Source of the DNA: Amphiscolops sp. MND2022
Lineage: Eukaryota
Direction of reading: 5' to 3'
Length of the DNA stretch: 64,000 nt
Assembly: GCA_964187785.1 (NCBI GenBank)
Contig: OZ076412.1
Span: 13,454,001-13,518,000 of the forward strand
Shown: positions 20,431 to 34,560 of the stretch, piece after piece
Layout: each line of letters begins with the position of its first letter
Numbering within the stretch: position 1 is the first letter of the stretch
Translations under genes and position numbers: made by a program
Notes under the pieces: generated by a model
Databases searched by the model: none
Told to the model about the DNA's origin: nothing
Seen by the model: only the letters and a program-made list of their open reading frames with translations

Positions 20431-22846
20431 ACTCGTTTTCAGAATATCTTCCTAACATTATGTCCACACTTCCATATCATGCATGACGTCCAATTCTCCA
20501 GAACGCTTCTCCTTTGCCTACTGTGTTCTAGTGGAAGGCATTTAAAAGTTCTTTGCTCAAGGATACAGTTCAAGGATAACATATAGAACAGTTCAGAGAA
20601 AGCATCGAGTTTTTTAAGTAACGAGATATTTGCATTATATTTGCAACTGCGATATACGTAGATAATAATCATCTTGTCAGTCTCAATTTTGGGAGAATTT
20701 ATAGTACTTGGACAACAGGTTTGCGCAATATATTTTCAGCAAAGCATGACAAGGCGACATTTGCTTGTCATATGACCAAAAATTGTGACTAGTGTTCTAC
20801 AAAAAAATCCCTATTGGAAGACATCAACATCACGTCACTTTTATGTTTAGTTACAAATAGCATCAAACGACATTGAGGTATAAAATCGCTTAGTCCCCCA
20901 TTGGTCCAAGAATTACACGAGAGATACATTTTTACTATTTACATATAACCGATTACAACACGGTTACAACACAATTTCAGCATTCTAAATTTTGTACGCT
21001 GAGAAGTATTAGTTTTCCTGTAGCACAGTTTAAAGACGGCACAGCCCTGCGACACCGTCATAACTAAACGGCATCTTGAGGCACTCGAGCAAATGATAGA
21101 ACAAAAATCCAAAAATAGCCGACGGCGAACCACTCACAATGTGCTTAAATCGACTTGCAGGATTTGGTTTTCGGCCATATCGCAAAAAAGCATCTGGTTT
21201 CAACTGTTTACTTCAGTTGAAACCCCGTTATTGAGTGTGAATGACCGGACCGATGTGACGGAAAGTGCGTGAAGAAAAATACCTTTCCACTGCTACAGGT
21301 TTTCTCTAAAGTTGTTTGCCTTAGCGACAAACTTCAAACATAAGTATAAGGACTGTCCACACAAGCAATAAAGTAGTACAAACTGATCGTTCGAGATGGC
21401 TTCCTCGAAACACAGTGAAGACGAGGAAGCACTGGCGGTAGTACAAGCACAAACCACCAACGGGGCGCTCTTTTGCGAGGTCTAAAAGCTTACAGTCCTT
21501 ATGAAAAGTCGGGAAAGATACTAGATGGAATGGGACTGAGAGTTATCAGTACCGTCAGAAATAGTGGCAAACGTTTCACCTCTAACTTGAAACTTTTAAC
21601 TGCAGCATTAATATGATAAGCAAAAGTACAAGTTTTACCCGGAAAAGTAAAAGTTTTACCTGCAAAAGTACTGTGTCCAGTTTTTTTTTGAGTTTCGCAG
21701 TTGTGTTTTACGGGTACAACATCGTTGTGCCAAAGAACGCACAGAGCAGCTTAATCGTTATCATTCTCACGAAGGGACCTTCAGCAACCAATTAGATGCC
21801 TCTCGTAGTCCATGGACTTTTTTGGGCACGCATGCAGGAGGCACTTGAACGAAAAGGCAAACCTTGCGTCTCCTGCAAATAGTCTGGTATAAAATGTAGC
21901 TGTTTAATTTCCAGTATGGAAGATTTCCCATTGTCGCAACCCGCTTCCGGTCGCTGTTTTGCAAGTTGCTGCGGTATTCCGGTACTACCCATCCACTTGG
22001 ACATGGACACAGTGAGTACTACTAACCTAAAATAATTGAAAACAACCAATTTTACTTACAATACAGTTAACTGTTTGACAAACGATTTTTTCGAACATTA
22101 AGTTTGGACGTACACGTTCCAGAACATCCTTAGGAAATGATTGTAACATAGTTTGAACCTCCGGTTCGCCGACCTTACTCGTCACTAATATACTTCCGGT
22201 TTCGTCTTCTGAACTTTCAGACTGATCTAAATAGCAAAACATGAACGAAGTTCTAAAAGGAAATCATTTCTTCTTTGACAACCTGAAAAGAAACCTTGAG
22301 AATGATATCTGATCCGAAATTCCAACGGAGATCATACAACTTAAAATGAAAAGAACATACAAAATAGTATAGCGGAGTGTTTTTCAGTGCCAAAAATAGT
22401 TGTAGAATTCACTCAAACCACATTCAAGTAATTTAAGCTAACAATTACAACGTTATGGCAGCGTTACTCGAATAAGCCAGTAACTGGTCTTTCTATTTTT
22501 ACGGACCAATAGCGTCGTCTTTTGGCCGAGTTATTTGAGCTCAATCAAATAAGAGTGCCGCCTTTGCGGCGCCGCTCAGTTGAGAGAAAGAGGAGAAAGA
22601 GAATGAACACCTACGCTCCCGCTATATCTCCGTCGGTCTTCGTTCAGCTATATCTAATCTAAATACGTACGGAGTGCTTACGGAGCGAATTGTGAAATGG
22701 TGAATATGAAAAGAGCTTCGATGCCGATCCTAAGAAAAAAATCCACAGGAAAATATAGTACTTTAGGAGTGAAATTGTATGTAAGTAAAACTGTACTGCA
22801 AGAGAAAGTTAAAGAAGTATGGAATTAATATCCTGCTTGTATTTTG

Positions 22847-24145
22847 TGTTACCGTCCAAACCAAACAGTTTCTCAATGAAAGAACTCAAGATTTCTTGAA
22901 GCGATTATAAGTCACAATTCAATAATAAAGACAGAAAGCAACGTAAAGGTAACGTAGAATGTATTTTTGTACTGAATCATCCCTGTTAAGTCTTGTGCTG
23001 GAAGCGTGTTTCCCTTGGTGTTTTCCTACTAATCTCAGTATTGAAGAGGTGCCTAATTTATATGCAAAAAGTTGAGAGTTCCAGTGCTTGCCATTTGATG
23101 TTTAAAAGTCTTGTTGGCCGAAAAGCTTCCGTTAATTAAAAATTTGTGTTGTTTGCAATTATTGCGTACTGTACTCTTTGTTTAACCGGATTATGCAATA
23201 CATTCATCAGTAACCAGTGTTTGTTTTATCAGCAACATTTGTTCCTTTTACCAATAATTAAACGCTTTCATTTTCAAGATTCCTTGTTCCGTTTCAACCG
23301 CCTTAGCATTTTGAGTGTCATTCTTTTGTCTTGGAAATTAGATTTCCAAATTTGAGATCTGACTAATTGATCACGCCGGCGTGCTTTTGTCGATGAATTA
23401 GTCAATCAGACCTTTATTTTGCCGCCATTTCAGTTTGGGCAAGAAATGTGCTAACGTTAATTAAAATGATTTCAACAAGTGTTACGGAGCATTGACGGAA
23501 CTAGGAACCTCAATACCTAATATGGTGTTGTGGGAATGAACTAATTTGAATCACTAGGGCGTTTTGAAGAACAACCCCAATTTTTATGGTTCCTAGGAGT
23601 TTTTAGGTGAGGAACAAATGACGCTCTTAGGCGAAACTTTACATTTGTAAGATACCGTAAGTTTTTCATTTATTCTTTTGTTATTTTGAAAGGTAAAACC
23701 TCCGTTGATATAACGTCAAATCTTCTTCAAAGAATTCATAATTTCCGAAGACTTCTATTTTCATACACAAAATGACCACAAGAAAACAGAAGAGGAAAAG
23801 AACGGCTGAAGCAGCACCAGAAGAGCTAGAAACACCTTAAGTGGAAAACAACTTAGCGGAATACTGGGTAGCTAGCACTAGCAAAATTTCTACTGTCCAA
23901 ATTGAAAATCCCGACGAGATTAAAACGTCCTTGAGAAAAGAAACTTTAGCTGACCTCACAAAGACATCAGATGAAAACCAGAAAGAGTTGCTAAAACTGA
24001 TAACTCCAGCCGTACGAAAGACAAACGTTGTTCAAAACTTAGATAACTCTTACTCTGAAGCTGAAAACATTCTGCCCAACACAACTTGAACCCTTAAAAT
24101 GAAATGCGACTACTTCTAAAAACACACCGACCAATAGTCGTAACA
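22847..24145 (+). mobile_element. Second, diverged solo LTR of family C (left end tentative)
   Basis: Ends AGTCGTAACA. Shares blocks with 8542-9998 (e.g. TTTTAGGTGAGGAACAAATGA, GCCGGCGTG..TCGATGAA, AAATGATTTCAACAA) and a homologous ORF MTTRKQK...TTSKNTPTNSRN. Candidate start TGTTAC at 22847. Confidence 0.7.
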
Positions 24146-24179
24146 CTCCTTTTGTCTCCTATCAACATTCAGCTGACCA

Positions 24180-24700
24180 AACAAAATAATCCCAATCGGA
24201 TTTCGTTGGTGCAGTCAGAGATCAGGATGGCTGTTCCTTTAACTTATTGTCCAATGACCGGTTCAATGCAGCCGTGAAACTCCTTGGTCACTTTTTTTAT
24301 TAGAACGGAATGCCAATGTTTTTACCAGCCTTGAGGGAAAGACATTAAATGAGCATAAAGTCTACAAGTCATTGAACAAAACTATGGAAACTGCTGTAAA
24401 ATCCACCCATCAGTATCAAGGAAAGCTCTTTGGAGATGGACTATTGCAAAAACGAAATGAGATAGTGTGCTGCAGATATAGACATTTTTGGAGTTGCTAC
24501 GGACCAACTACCGACAGCTTCAAATCAAAAAAGGACCAAGACGGTGTCAGGGAGCGTCCTCTCGCGTCCTCTGAAAAACACTTCGCTTAGTCAGACAGAA
24601 GCGCCTTACTAAGACTAGTTCCATCCAGAGAAATAGGAACCCTTGTTGCAGGGAATACTATGAAGCCAATGAACCAGGCATTGATTGCCAGCGTGGACAC
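24180..24700 (+). pseudogene. Possible non-LTR (RTE/CR1-like) RT C-terminal relic
   Basis: Broken frames give PISIKESSLEMDY..CAADIDIFGVA..TKTVSGSVLS, loosely like a LINE RT thumb region. Confidence 0.3.
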
Positions 24701-27149
24701 AGAAAAACCTTCACCACCCTCCATTTTTTAAGCTTCCCTTCTTCGTAAACTCAAACCCATTCGTCGTACTATTATCCATTTGTTATACTCGTTTCAACCA
24801 TCTATTTTCACCCTATTCGACTATTCCATAGTCAATTCATCTTTCAGAAAATCTACAACTATTTTTATTCTCCTCCTGTCGAACGCTCTATCCATCTTGA
24901 TATCATCTAGTATTGAACTTGGTTAAAGTTTTGCTCTCATACCCACTCCTATTGACGGAAGTCCCCTCCTCCAATTCCCGTCCCTTTATCTTTTGCTTAA
25001 ACTCATCTTCGTCTCTCACAAGATACTACCCAAATTCTTAGAAACTCCTCAAAAATCTCGTTCACATTCCACGGTCCCTCTTCTTATTAAGACCTACCCA
25101 GAAGTTCTGTACACCACACTTCTCAATCGAGAACATTTCGACACCTATCTTTTTCATATAGGTACTCTTTCTTAATTTGAAACTCCAAATGAGCCTCCTT
25201 TTTCAATGCCTTTCACCTCGCCTTTTATCTCCATTAGCTCCATTCAGAACAAGTTTTACAGCTGTTAAAATTCATCGATTTTCACGTCTAATATTTACCT
25301 TCCGAGTGCTCAAGTTTTCAATACTTTTCTCAAAAATCTCTTTGAAAAGAATAACCTTCTACCTTCTTCTCAATCGTTTCAAATATCAATTGTTTTAAAA
25401 CCTCACCTTATACACCCAAACGAAAACACAAACAAATTCAAATTTCATAGGTCTACCTCGTCCACCCTCTAACCAACGCACTGAACGTCATCGATGTCAA
25501 TCACACTCAAACAAAAATTCACGCACAAATCATACCTACAGACCCACTAATAATTCGACTCAATAACCCACTTTATTTCCTCATAATCAATCCTCGACTC
25601 AACCTAAACTTTAATGAAATAATTACCACTGAACCGTTTCTCCACACTTTCTCCGGTACACGATCATTCCCATCTGCACTAATGCCAGAAAGTCATTAGA
25701 CTTTTCGTCCGTTCACCAACTTCTGTACTAATCACAAAAGTGATTCAGCGTCTCTGCTGGTACAACATACCTTTTCTGTACTGACCAAACAGTTTTTTTC
25801 TTTTCTTTTTTTCAAACGTGGTTCAACCTTGTAGTTAGTACAACTTCACCCTTCTTTGCTAATTAATTTTTGTTCGACCTCTGTCGGTACAATTCCACAG
25901 CGCTAACCAAGTTACGTTCGATTTTTTCGGTATACTTTTCTTTTGTAGTAACCAAGTAAACTTGGATTCAACATTTGTGTCGGTACAACTAAAGACAAAT
26001 TCTAATCTATATTAATTTCTACAATAAACTCCATAACCTCATCTCTAACTTTCTTGCCTTCACCCTCTTTGTTCAAATCTATCAAATCTAATCACTTCTC
26101 CTCACCCTAATCTGAACACCTCTCTATACCTTTTCTCCCATTCATAACTTTCATCATCACCACCCTCCATTTTTTAAGCTTCCCTTCTTCGTAAACTCAA
26201 ACCCATTCAACGTACTATTATCCTTTTGTTATACTCGTTTCAACCATCTATTTTCACCCTATTCGACCATCCCATAGTCAATTCATCTTTCAGAAAATCT
26301 ACAACTATTTTCAATCTCCTCCTGTCGAACGCTCAATCCAACTTGTTATCATCTAGTATTGAACTTGGTTAAAGTTTTGCTCTCATACCCACTCCTATTG
26401 ACGGAAGTCCCCTCCTCCAATTCCCGTCCCTTTATATTTTGCTTAAATTCATCTTCGTCTCTCACGAGATACTACCCAAGTTCTTAGAAATTCCTCAAAA
26501 GTCTCGTTTATCATTCCACGGTCCCTCTTCTTGTTGAGACCTACCCAGAAGATCTGTACACCACACTTCTCAATCGAGAGCATTTCGACACCTATCTTTA
26601 TCATATAGGCACTCTTTCTTATTTTGAAACTCCAAATGAGCCTCCTTTTTCATTGCCTTTCACCTCCCCTCTTATCTCCATTAGCTCCTTTCAGAACAAG
26701 TTTTACAGATGTTAAAATTCATCGATTTTTACGTCTAATATTTACCTTCTGATTGCTCAAGTTTTCAATACTTTTCTCAAAAATCTCTCTGAAAAGAACA
26801 ATCTTCTACCTTCTACTCAATCGTTTCAAATATCAATTCTTTTAAAACCTCACCATATACACTCAAACGAATACACAAATACTTCGATTTTAATCCCTTT
26901 TCCTAACTTTTGTATAGACATAACTACCAAGTCATTGAGGATAACAAATTCCAAGACGCTTGGCTTAACTTTCGCTCATGTCTTCCCCGTGATGATCTGC
27001 AACCTTTCATTGCAAATTATCAAAAACAACACCTTCAGTTTTATAATCTTGATTTTCCGGTTGCTCATTTCACATCCCCTAATATTGATAACCTAAGCCC
27101 TAATAAAAAATCTTGGCCTTTCATTTCCTTTCAGACCTTATGCAAAGCA

Positions 27150-29086
27150 CATTCCCCAACCTCCAACAAATGATACTATCTCTGATTCCTCTTTAGAAAC
27201 TATTCCTTCAGCCTCAAATGTTTAACATCAAATCATTCTATTGGTAATCTTAACTTAGATCTACAACCTCCACCACCATTGCCACCACGACCACTCAACC
27301 TTCCATTTCACTTCGACCACAACAATATGATACTGCATCTGCTTCCCCTACCCATACTCCCATCTCCACGAACCCTATCATTAACGGACTTTCTGTTGAT
27401 TCTCATTTTTTTTCAACCACTCCTTCCTATTCGGTTTTCTATTCATCAGGTAATAACTACCCAACCTCAATATATTTCCATTGTAATTTTTCCTGACCAA
27501 GCTCTTTTTTCATCTATTCACTATCCCCAACCCTCTCTTTCAATTCTACAAAATTCTCCATTAAATACTCTTACTACTCTTTCTAACACTAACGCCGCTT
27601 CTTATGATCCTCATGCCTCACTCCACTCAGGTTTTCACAACTACCCTCAACCTTCCTTCCCACATCATTTACACCCTAATCATCTTCCACCTTCATTCTC
27701 TACATACCCAATCACTCATAATCCTTCAGAACCCACCACCGGTTTTTCAAATGAAATGACTTCGTTTGTTCAATTGGCTGCCTTTTCTGTTCATATTAAC
27801 CTTTCTGATGGCTTGGATTATACATATCCTTCTGAAAAGTTTTTCACTCACCTTAGTGCTCGTATAACCTTCTTCAAACTTGGACCTCAACGTCTTGATA
27901 TACAATCATATTCACCATGGCACTCAAGACGTATGTCACTCTTTTATTGTTAACTCACAGGAACCGCCTCAAATTGGTATGATCGATTACCTGAAGTCTA
28001 AAAAAGAGACTGTTTTTCCTTTTTGCAAACTTTCAAGAAACAATCCTTTTGTCCGAAAAAAAACATACCATGTTAATTTGAAGCACCCTTATTTGTTGAA
28101 AAAGATAATGAAAATGTATAACATTTTGCCTTGAAAATTGAAACCCTTTTCGAACAAGGCTGGTATAATGAGTACCCATCTACTATAAATCTTGAATGTA
28201 ATGAAATTCTTCATCGTTGTTTTCCAAAGAATGAAGAAATTTAGCTGATAAACACTAAGGTAAACACGTTTCAATTTCTCTTGAACCTTCAATTCTTGTC
28301 CATTCACTCGTCAATAAGGTTGACGCAGAAGAGTCACAACTCAAAAACTTTCACCTGAAATCAATACCCTTTCTGATATACTTCAAACAAACGCCTCGAT
28401 TTTCGAAAACTTGTCTGAATAATCTCCACGAAAACATGCTGTTGATCCCAATATTAAATTTGAACCACAAGAAAAATATTTGTTCGTTTTCTCACAAAAA
28501 TGAACATTCTGTACTTGCTACCGTAGGCTCAATGATCTAATCAACAATCAAAATCACTTACACGTAATATTTACCTCCCTCGTAACCGTAGTCAAGACTA
28601 TAGTAGTCCAAGCTACAGTAACCCCTATCGGAACTCATCTAGAAAATTCTACTAACAAAATCGTTCACATTCACGTTCCTATTCTCGTTCTAGGTATATT
28701 GATAAGCAAAAACCACAATACCATTCCTCAAATTTAGATTGAACTTGATCTCGCAATGATCAATGTTAAAGAAAAGCTTTTCCACTAAGATATCTTACTT
28801 CACGCCCATACTATGACTCTAAAACTTCTCGCAGTCCTTGTAAATATTATGTAGGTTCTCTCGAACGCTCGCCAAGCTATATTTCATAGGTCTACCTCGT
28901 CCACCCTCTAACCAACGCACTGAACGTCATCGATGTCGGTCACACTCAAACAAAAATTCACGCACAAATCATACCTACAGACCCACTAATAATTCGACTC
29001 AATAACCCACTTTATTTCCTCATAATCAATCCTCGACTCAACCTAAACTTTAATGAAATAATTACCACTGAACCGTTTCTCCACAC
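27150..29086 (+). pseudogene. gag: Degenerate gag (copy B)
   Basis: Pro/Ser-rich N-terminal region, then FVQLAAFSVHINLSDGLDYTYPSEKFFTHLSARI...LTGTASNWYDRL. Multiple frameshifts. Confidence 0.7.
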
Positions 29087-30599
29087 TTTCTCCGGTACAC
29101 GATCATTCCCATCTGCACAAATGCCAGGAAGTCATTAGACTTTTCGTCCGTACATCAACTTCTGTACTAATCACAAAAGTGATTCAGCGTCTCTGCTGGT
29201 ACAACATACCTTTTCTGTACTGACCAAACAGTTTTTTTCTTTTCTTTGTTTTCAAACGTGGTTCAACCTTGTAGTTAGTACAACTTCACCCTTCTTTGCT
29301 AATTAATTTTAGTTCGACCTCTGTCGGTACAATTCCACAGCGCTAACCAAGTTACGTTCGATTTTTTCGGTATACTTTTCTTTTGTAGTAACCAAGTAAA
29401 CTTGGCTTCAACATTTGTGTCGGTACAACTAAAGACAAATTCTAATCTATATTAATTTCTACAATAAACTCCATAACCTCATCTCTAACTTTCTTGCCTT
29501 CACCCTCTTTGTTCAAATCTATCAAATCTAATCACTTCTCCTCACCCTAATCTGAACACCTTTCTATATCTTTGCTCCCATTCATAACTTTCATCATCAC
29601 CACCCTCCATTGTTTAAGCTTCCCTTCTTCGTAAACTCAAACCCATTCATCGCACTATTATCCTTTTGTTATACTCGTTTCAACCATCTATTTTCACCCT
29701 ATTCGGCTATTCCATAGTCAATTCATCTTTCAGAAAATCTACAACTATTTTTATTCTCCTCCTGTCGAACGCTCTATCCATCTTGATATCATCTAGTATT
29801 GAACTTGGTTAAAGTTTTGCTCTCATACCCACTCCTATTGACGGAAGTCCCCTCCTCCAATTCCCGTCCCTTTATCTTTTGCTTAAACTCATCTTCGTCT
29901 CTCACAAGATACTACCCAAATTCTTAGAAACTCCTCAAAAATCTCGTTCACATTCCACGGTCCCTCTTCTTATTGAGACCTACCCAGAAGTTCTGTACAC
30001 CACACTTCTCAATCGAGAACATTTCGACACCTATCTTTTTCATATAGGTACTCTTTCTTAATTTGAAACTCCAAATGAGCCTCCTTTTTCAATGCCTTTC
30101 ACCTCGCCTTTTATCTCCATTAGCTCCATTCAGAACAAGTTTTACAGATGTTGAAATTCATCGATTTTCACGTCTAATATTTACCTTCCGAGTGCTCAAG
30201 TTTTCAATACTTTTCTCAAAAATCTCTTCGAAAAGAATAACCTTCTACCTTCTTCTCAATCGTTTCAAATATCAATTGTTTTAAAACCTCACCTTATACA
30301 CCAAAACGAAAACACAAATAAATTCGATTTTAATCCCTTTTCCCTAAATTTTGTAAAGACATAACTACCAAGTTATTCAGGATAACAAATTCCAAGACGC
30401 TTGGCTTAATTTCCGCTCATTTCTTCCTCGTGATGATCTGCAACCTTTCATTGCAAATTATCAAAAACAACACCTTCAGTTTTATAATCTTGATTTTCCG
30501 GTTGCTCATTTCACATCCCCTAATATTGATAACCTAAGCCCTAATAAAAAATCTTGGCCTTTCATTTCCTTTCAGACATTATGCAAAGCACATTCCCCA

Positions 30600-32514
30600 A
30601 CCTCCAACAATTGATACTAACTCTGATTCCTCTTTAGAAACTATTCCTTCAGCCTCAATTGTTTAACATTAAATCATTCTATTGGTAATCCTAACTTAGA
30701 TCTACAACCTCCACCACCATTGCCACCACGAACACTCAACCTTCCATTTCACTTCGACCACAACAATATGATACTGCATCTGCTTCCCCTACCCATACTC
30801 CCATCTCTACGAACCCTATCATTAACGGACTTTCTGTTGATTCTCATTTTTTTCAACCACTCCTTCCTCTTCCGTTTTCTATTCATCAGGTGATAACTAC
30901 TCAACCTCAATATATTTCCATTGTAATTTTTCCTTACCAAGCTCTTTCTTCATCTATTCACTATCCCCAACCCTCTCTTACAATTCTACAAAATTCTCCT
31001 TTAAATACTCCTACTACTCTTTCTAACACTAACGCCGCTTCTTATGATCCTCATGCCTCACTCCACTCAGGTTTTCACCCATACCCTCAACCTTCCTTCC
31101 CACATCCTTTACACCCTAATCATCTTCCACCTTCATTCTCTACATACCCAATCACTCATAATCCTTCAGAACCCACCACCGGTTTTTCAAATGACTTCGT
31201 TTGTTCAATTGGCTGCCTTTTCTGTTCATATCAACCTTTCTGATGGCTTGGATTATACATATCCTTCTGAAAAGTTTTTCACTCACCTTAGTGCTCGTAT
31301 AAGCTTCAAACTGGACCTCAACGTCTTGATATACAATCATATCACCATGGCACTCAAGACGTATGTCCTCTTTTATTGTTCCCTCACAGGAACCGCCTCA
31401 TATTGGTATGATCTTGACCTGAAGTCTAAAAAAGAGACTGTTTTTCCTTTTTGCAAACTTTCAAGAAACAATCCTTTTGTCCGAAAGAAACATACCATGT
31501 TAATTTGAAGCACCCTCACTTGTTGAAAAAGATAATGAAAATGCATAACATTTTGCCTTGAAAATTGAAACCCTTTTCAAACAAGGCTGGTATAATGAGT
31601 AACCATCTACTATAAATCTTGAATGTAATGAAATTTTTCATCGTTGTTTTCCAAAGAATGAAGAAATTTAGCTGATAAACCCTAAGGTAAACACGTTTCA
31701 ATTTCTCTCGAACCTTCAATTCTTGTCCATTCACTCGTCAATAAGGTTTACGCAGAAGAGTCACAACTCAAGAACTTTCACCTGAAATCAATACCCTTTC
31801 TGATATACTTCGAACAAACGCCTCAATTTTCGAAAACTTGTCTGAATAATCTCCACGAAAACATGCTGTTGATCCCAATATTAAAATTGAACCACAAGAA
31901 AGTTATTTGTTCACTTTCTCACAAAATTGATTATTCTGTACTTGCTACCGTAGGCTCAATGTTAGCAGAAAATCTAATCAACAATCAAAATCACTTACAC
32001 TTAATATTTACTTCCATATTAACCGTAGTCGAGACTATAGTAATCCAAGCTACAGTAACCCTTATCGAAACTTATCTAGGAAATTCTATTAACAAAATCG
32101 TTCACATTCACGTTCCTTTTCTCGTTCTAGGTATATTGATAAGCAAAAACCACAATACCATTCCTCAAATTTAGATTGAACTTGGTCTCGCAATGATCAA
32201 TGTTAAAGAAAAGCTTTTCCACTAAAATATCTTACTTCACGCCCATACTATGACTCTAAATCTTCTCGCAGTCCTTGTAAATATTATGCAGGTTCTCTCG
32301 AACGCTCGCCAAGCTATATTTCAAAGGTCTACCTCGTCCACCCTCTAACCAACGCGCTGAACGTCAATCACACTCAAACAAAAATTCACGCACAAATCAT
32401 ACCTACAGACCCACTAATAATTCGACTCAATAACCCACTTTATTTCCTCATGATCAATCCTCGACTGAACCTAAACTTTAAAGAAATAATTACCACTCAA
32501 CCGTTTCTCCACAC
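30600..32514 (+). pseudogene. gag: Degenerate gag (copy C)
   Basis: Near-duplicate of copy B (ORF track 31044-31508, 31863-32174). Confidence 0.7.
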
Positions 32515-32599
32515 GTGACTCCTTCTAATATACCTCCTTCCGCTCCAAGGAACACGCACGCTAAGGCTATATCTCCGCGGCAGCGTATATATTTGTTCA

Positions 32600-34560
32600 A
32601 ACCTCCTGAAGACTCCTCCTTTTCTTAAAACTTAGAATTTCTTTTTTTAAGACTCCTACTGTGTTTCTAATCAACTCACCTTAAAATAATAGCAGATCAC
32701 TTCTTTAAATGTTAAAAAAAACTCGGTCAAATAATTACTTCAGACTTTAACAATTGCTAACAGATCCAAAGTTGCTATGGTATTCACTAAACTACTTGCC
32801 TTACATACCTCTATTCATGGAAGTACTCGTACTTTCATTATCCCATTTGCCGTAGCAAACATCAAATATAATTTTCCTGACACGCCTTATTTGGATATAT
32901 GTTAAGTAAATACCATATATGACAGTATATATGAAACATGACAGTACATATAAAATATGACAGTAAATACCTCTCACTCCCTTTGTTACACTACATGAAT
33001 CTCCCATCAACTCTATTCCTTCTAATGCTCATAAAGAAAAAGACTATCCAATTTTCTCTTACAAGTTTACCATCGATGTATAAAAAGAAAATATTTTTTA
33101 AATCAAAACGGTTCACAAATTATCCATTTTTCAATTGAACCTACTCTTTTTGTAACAATCAGAACTTCAGACAATCAAATTCTCATAAATAGTTTAATAC
33201 ACCCTTTAATTCCACATGTATTTTCCTCCAATTTTACCAAATTATCAAATCTGAACCTAATAGTTGCTCTGTTATGCAAAGGTATTACTCACCACTCCGC
33301 AATCATTTCACCAGGACATATTGGCTACATTGAAATTCTTGCTACAAATGGTAAACCACCACACTGTAAAGTTAACGATGTCAACTTTCTGGTTCACACT
33401 ATTTTTCGATCATTTCACGCAGACCTCTCCGGACCCAAACCTCTTTTTCGTCATTCCTTACTCCAAAAAAATAATTTTAAAATGAATAATTTCCAAACAC
33501 CCAAGTTATAATTCGACCTTCACTTTTCTCGGCAAATTCCCCAGAAAATCAACACTTCTCCAAAAATTTAATTTCCAATATTCCGATGGTACTGGTGACG
33601 AATATCTACATCTCAGCTCCATTTTAGTCAAAAATGACGCCTCAAACGCAATGCTAAATTCCAAACTGGGAGTCCTACTAAAGTTCCCATACAATATAGA
33701 GAACAATTGAAAGAAAACACTCAATGAACTAAAAACACAATTTTTGTAGACAATTTGACCCCACTCCATCAGATAAATCTATTTATAGAACTACCTTCTC
33801 GAATCTGCTCACTCTCATCCATACAGAAGACCCATTTAAAGTCGTCCTTGATGGTAGACATTTAAACTCCATCACTGACTAAGTTTTTGAACCATGGCCT
33901 ACTGTACCTCTAGCTTCTCAATTTGCAAGAGCTAACTAATCTTTCAAATCTGTTATTGACATTATCCATACGCCTATGCATATGCTCTTCAAGACGAACA
34001 AAAAATCACCCTCACAAGTTTGTTTACGGAGACAAAATTTAAGTTTTCATTCGGCGCTTTTTTGGTCGTAAAGGACACCCGAATTTTCCTAAAAAACAAA
34101 TGTGTTCTTCCTTCTAAAAAGTTGTTCAAGCTTTTGCAGTCATTTGTATCAATGATTCGCTCCTACTAGCCCACACCAAGACTCATATGCTAGAACTCAT
34201 TAACCATTTACACCAATTCTAGAGTTTTAAGATTCTTAAAATTGCTCCAGAAAGTTGTTTTAATATTCTTCCCACCGTAAAAACTCTTAGACAGCAAAGT
34301 AATAGTAACACTTTTAAACCCATCTCTTCCAAAGTTGATGGTATTGATGGATTAAAAAAAACTTGAAACAACTCTACATCATCACATTTGTTGGCCATAC
34401 CTTTTTCAAACCTGTTACACTTTCAACCAAACTCAAACTTTTTCGCCTTAGCCCCAATAATGTTTCTGAATGTTTTTCGGATGTCACTTAAGAACATATG
34501 GCACAAGATGTCTCTAGATTTTACACCCATCATAGTTTACCATTCTATCCCAAAGAACTT
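32600..34560 (+). pseudogene. pol: Degenerate pol: protease/RT remnant joined to integrase C-terminus (RNase H and integrase core apparently deleted)
   Basis: RT-like segments at ~33800-34330 (AYAYALQDE, GRKGHPNF, CINDSLLLAHTKTHMLELINHLH at the YIDD position). Integrase-tail-like DVT....QD..FYTH..PFYPKE at ~34480-34560. Confidence 0.7.

Larger units (their letters stand above)
24711..32514 (+). repeat. Tandem amplification of leader+gag: deleted copy 24711-25647, full copies 25648-29086 and 29087-32514
   Basis: The junction CCGTTTCTCCACAC| recurs at 25647, 29086 and 32514 (periods 3439 and 3428 bp). The first copy lacks ~2 kb at ~25440. Confidence 0.9.

Noticed and set aside
12722-32514. Diversity-generating retroelement-like template/variable repeat pairs
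   Set aside because: Differences between repeat copies are not adenine-specific and are spread over kilobases, consistent with neutral divergence of duplicated TE DNA.
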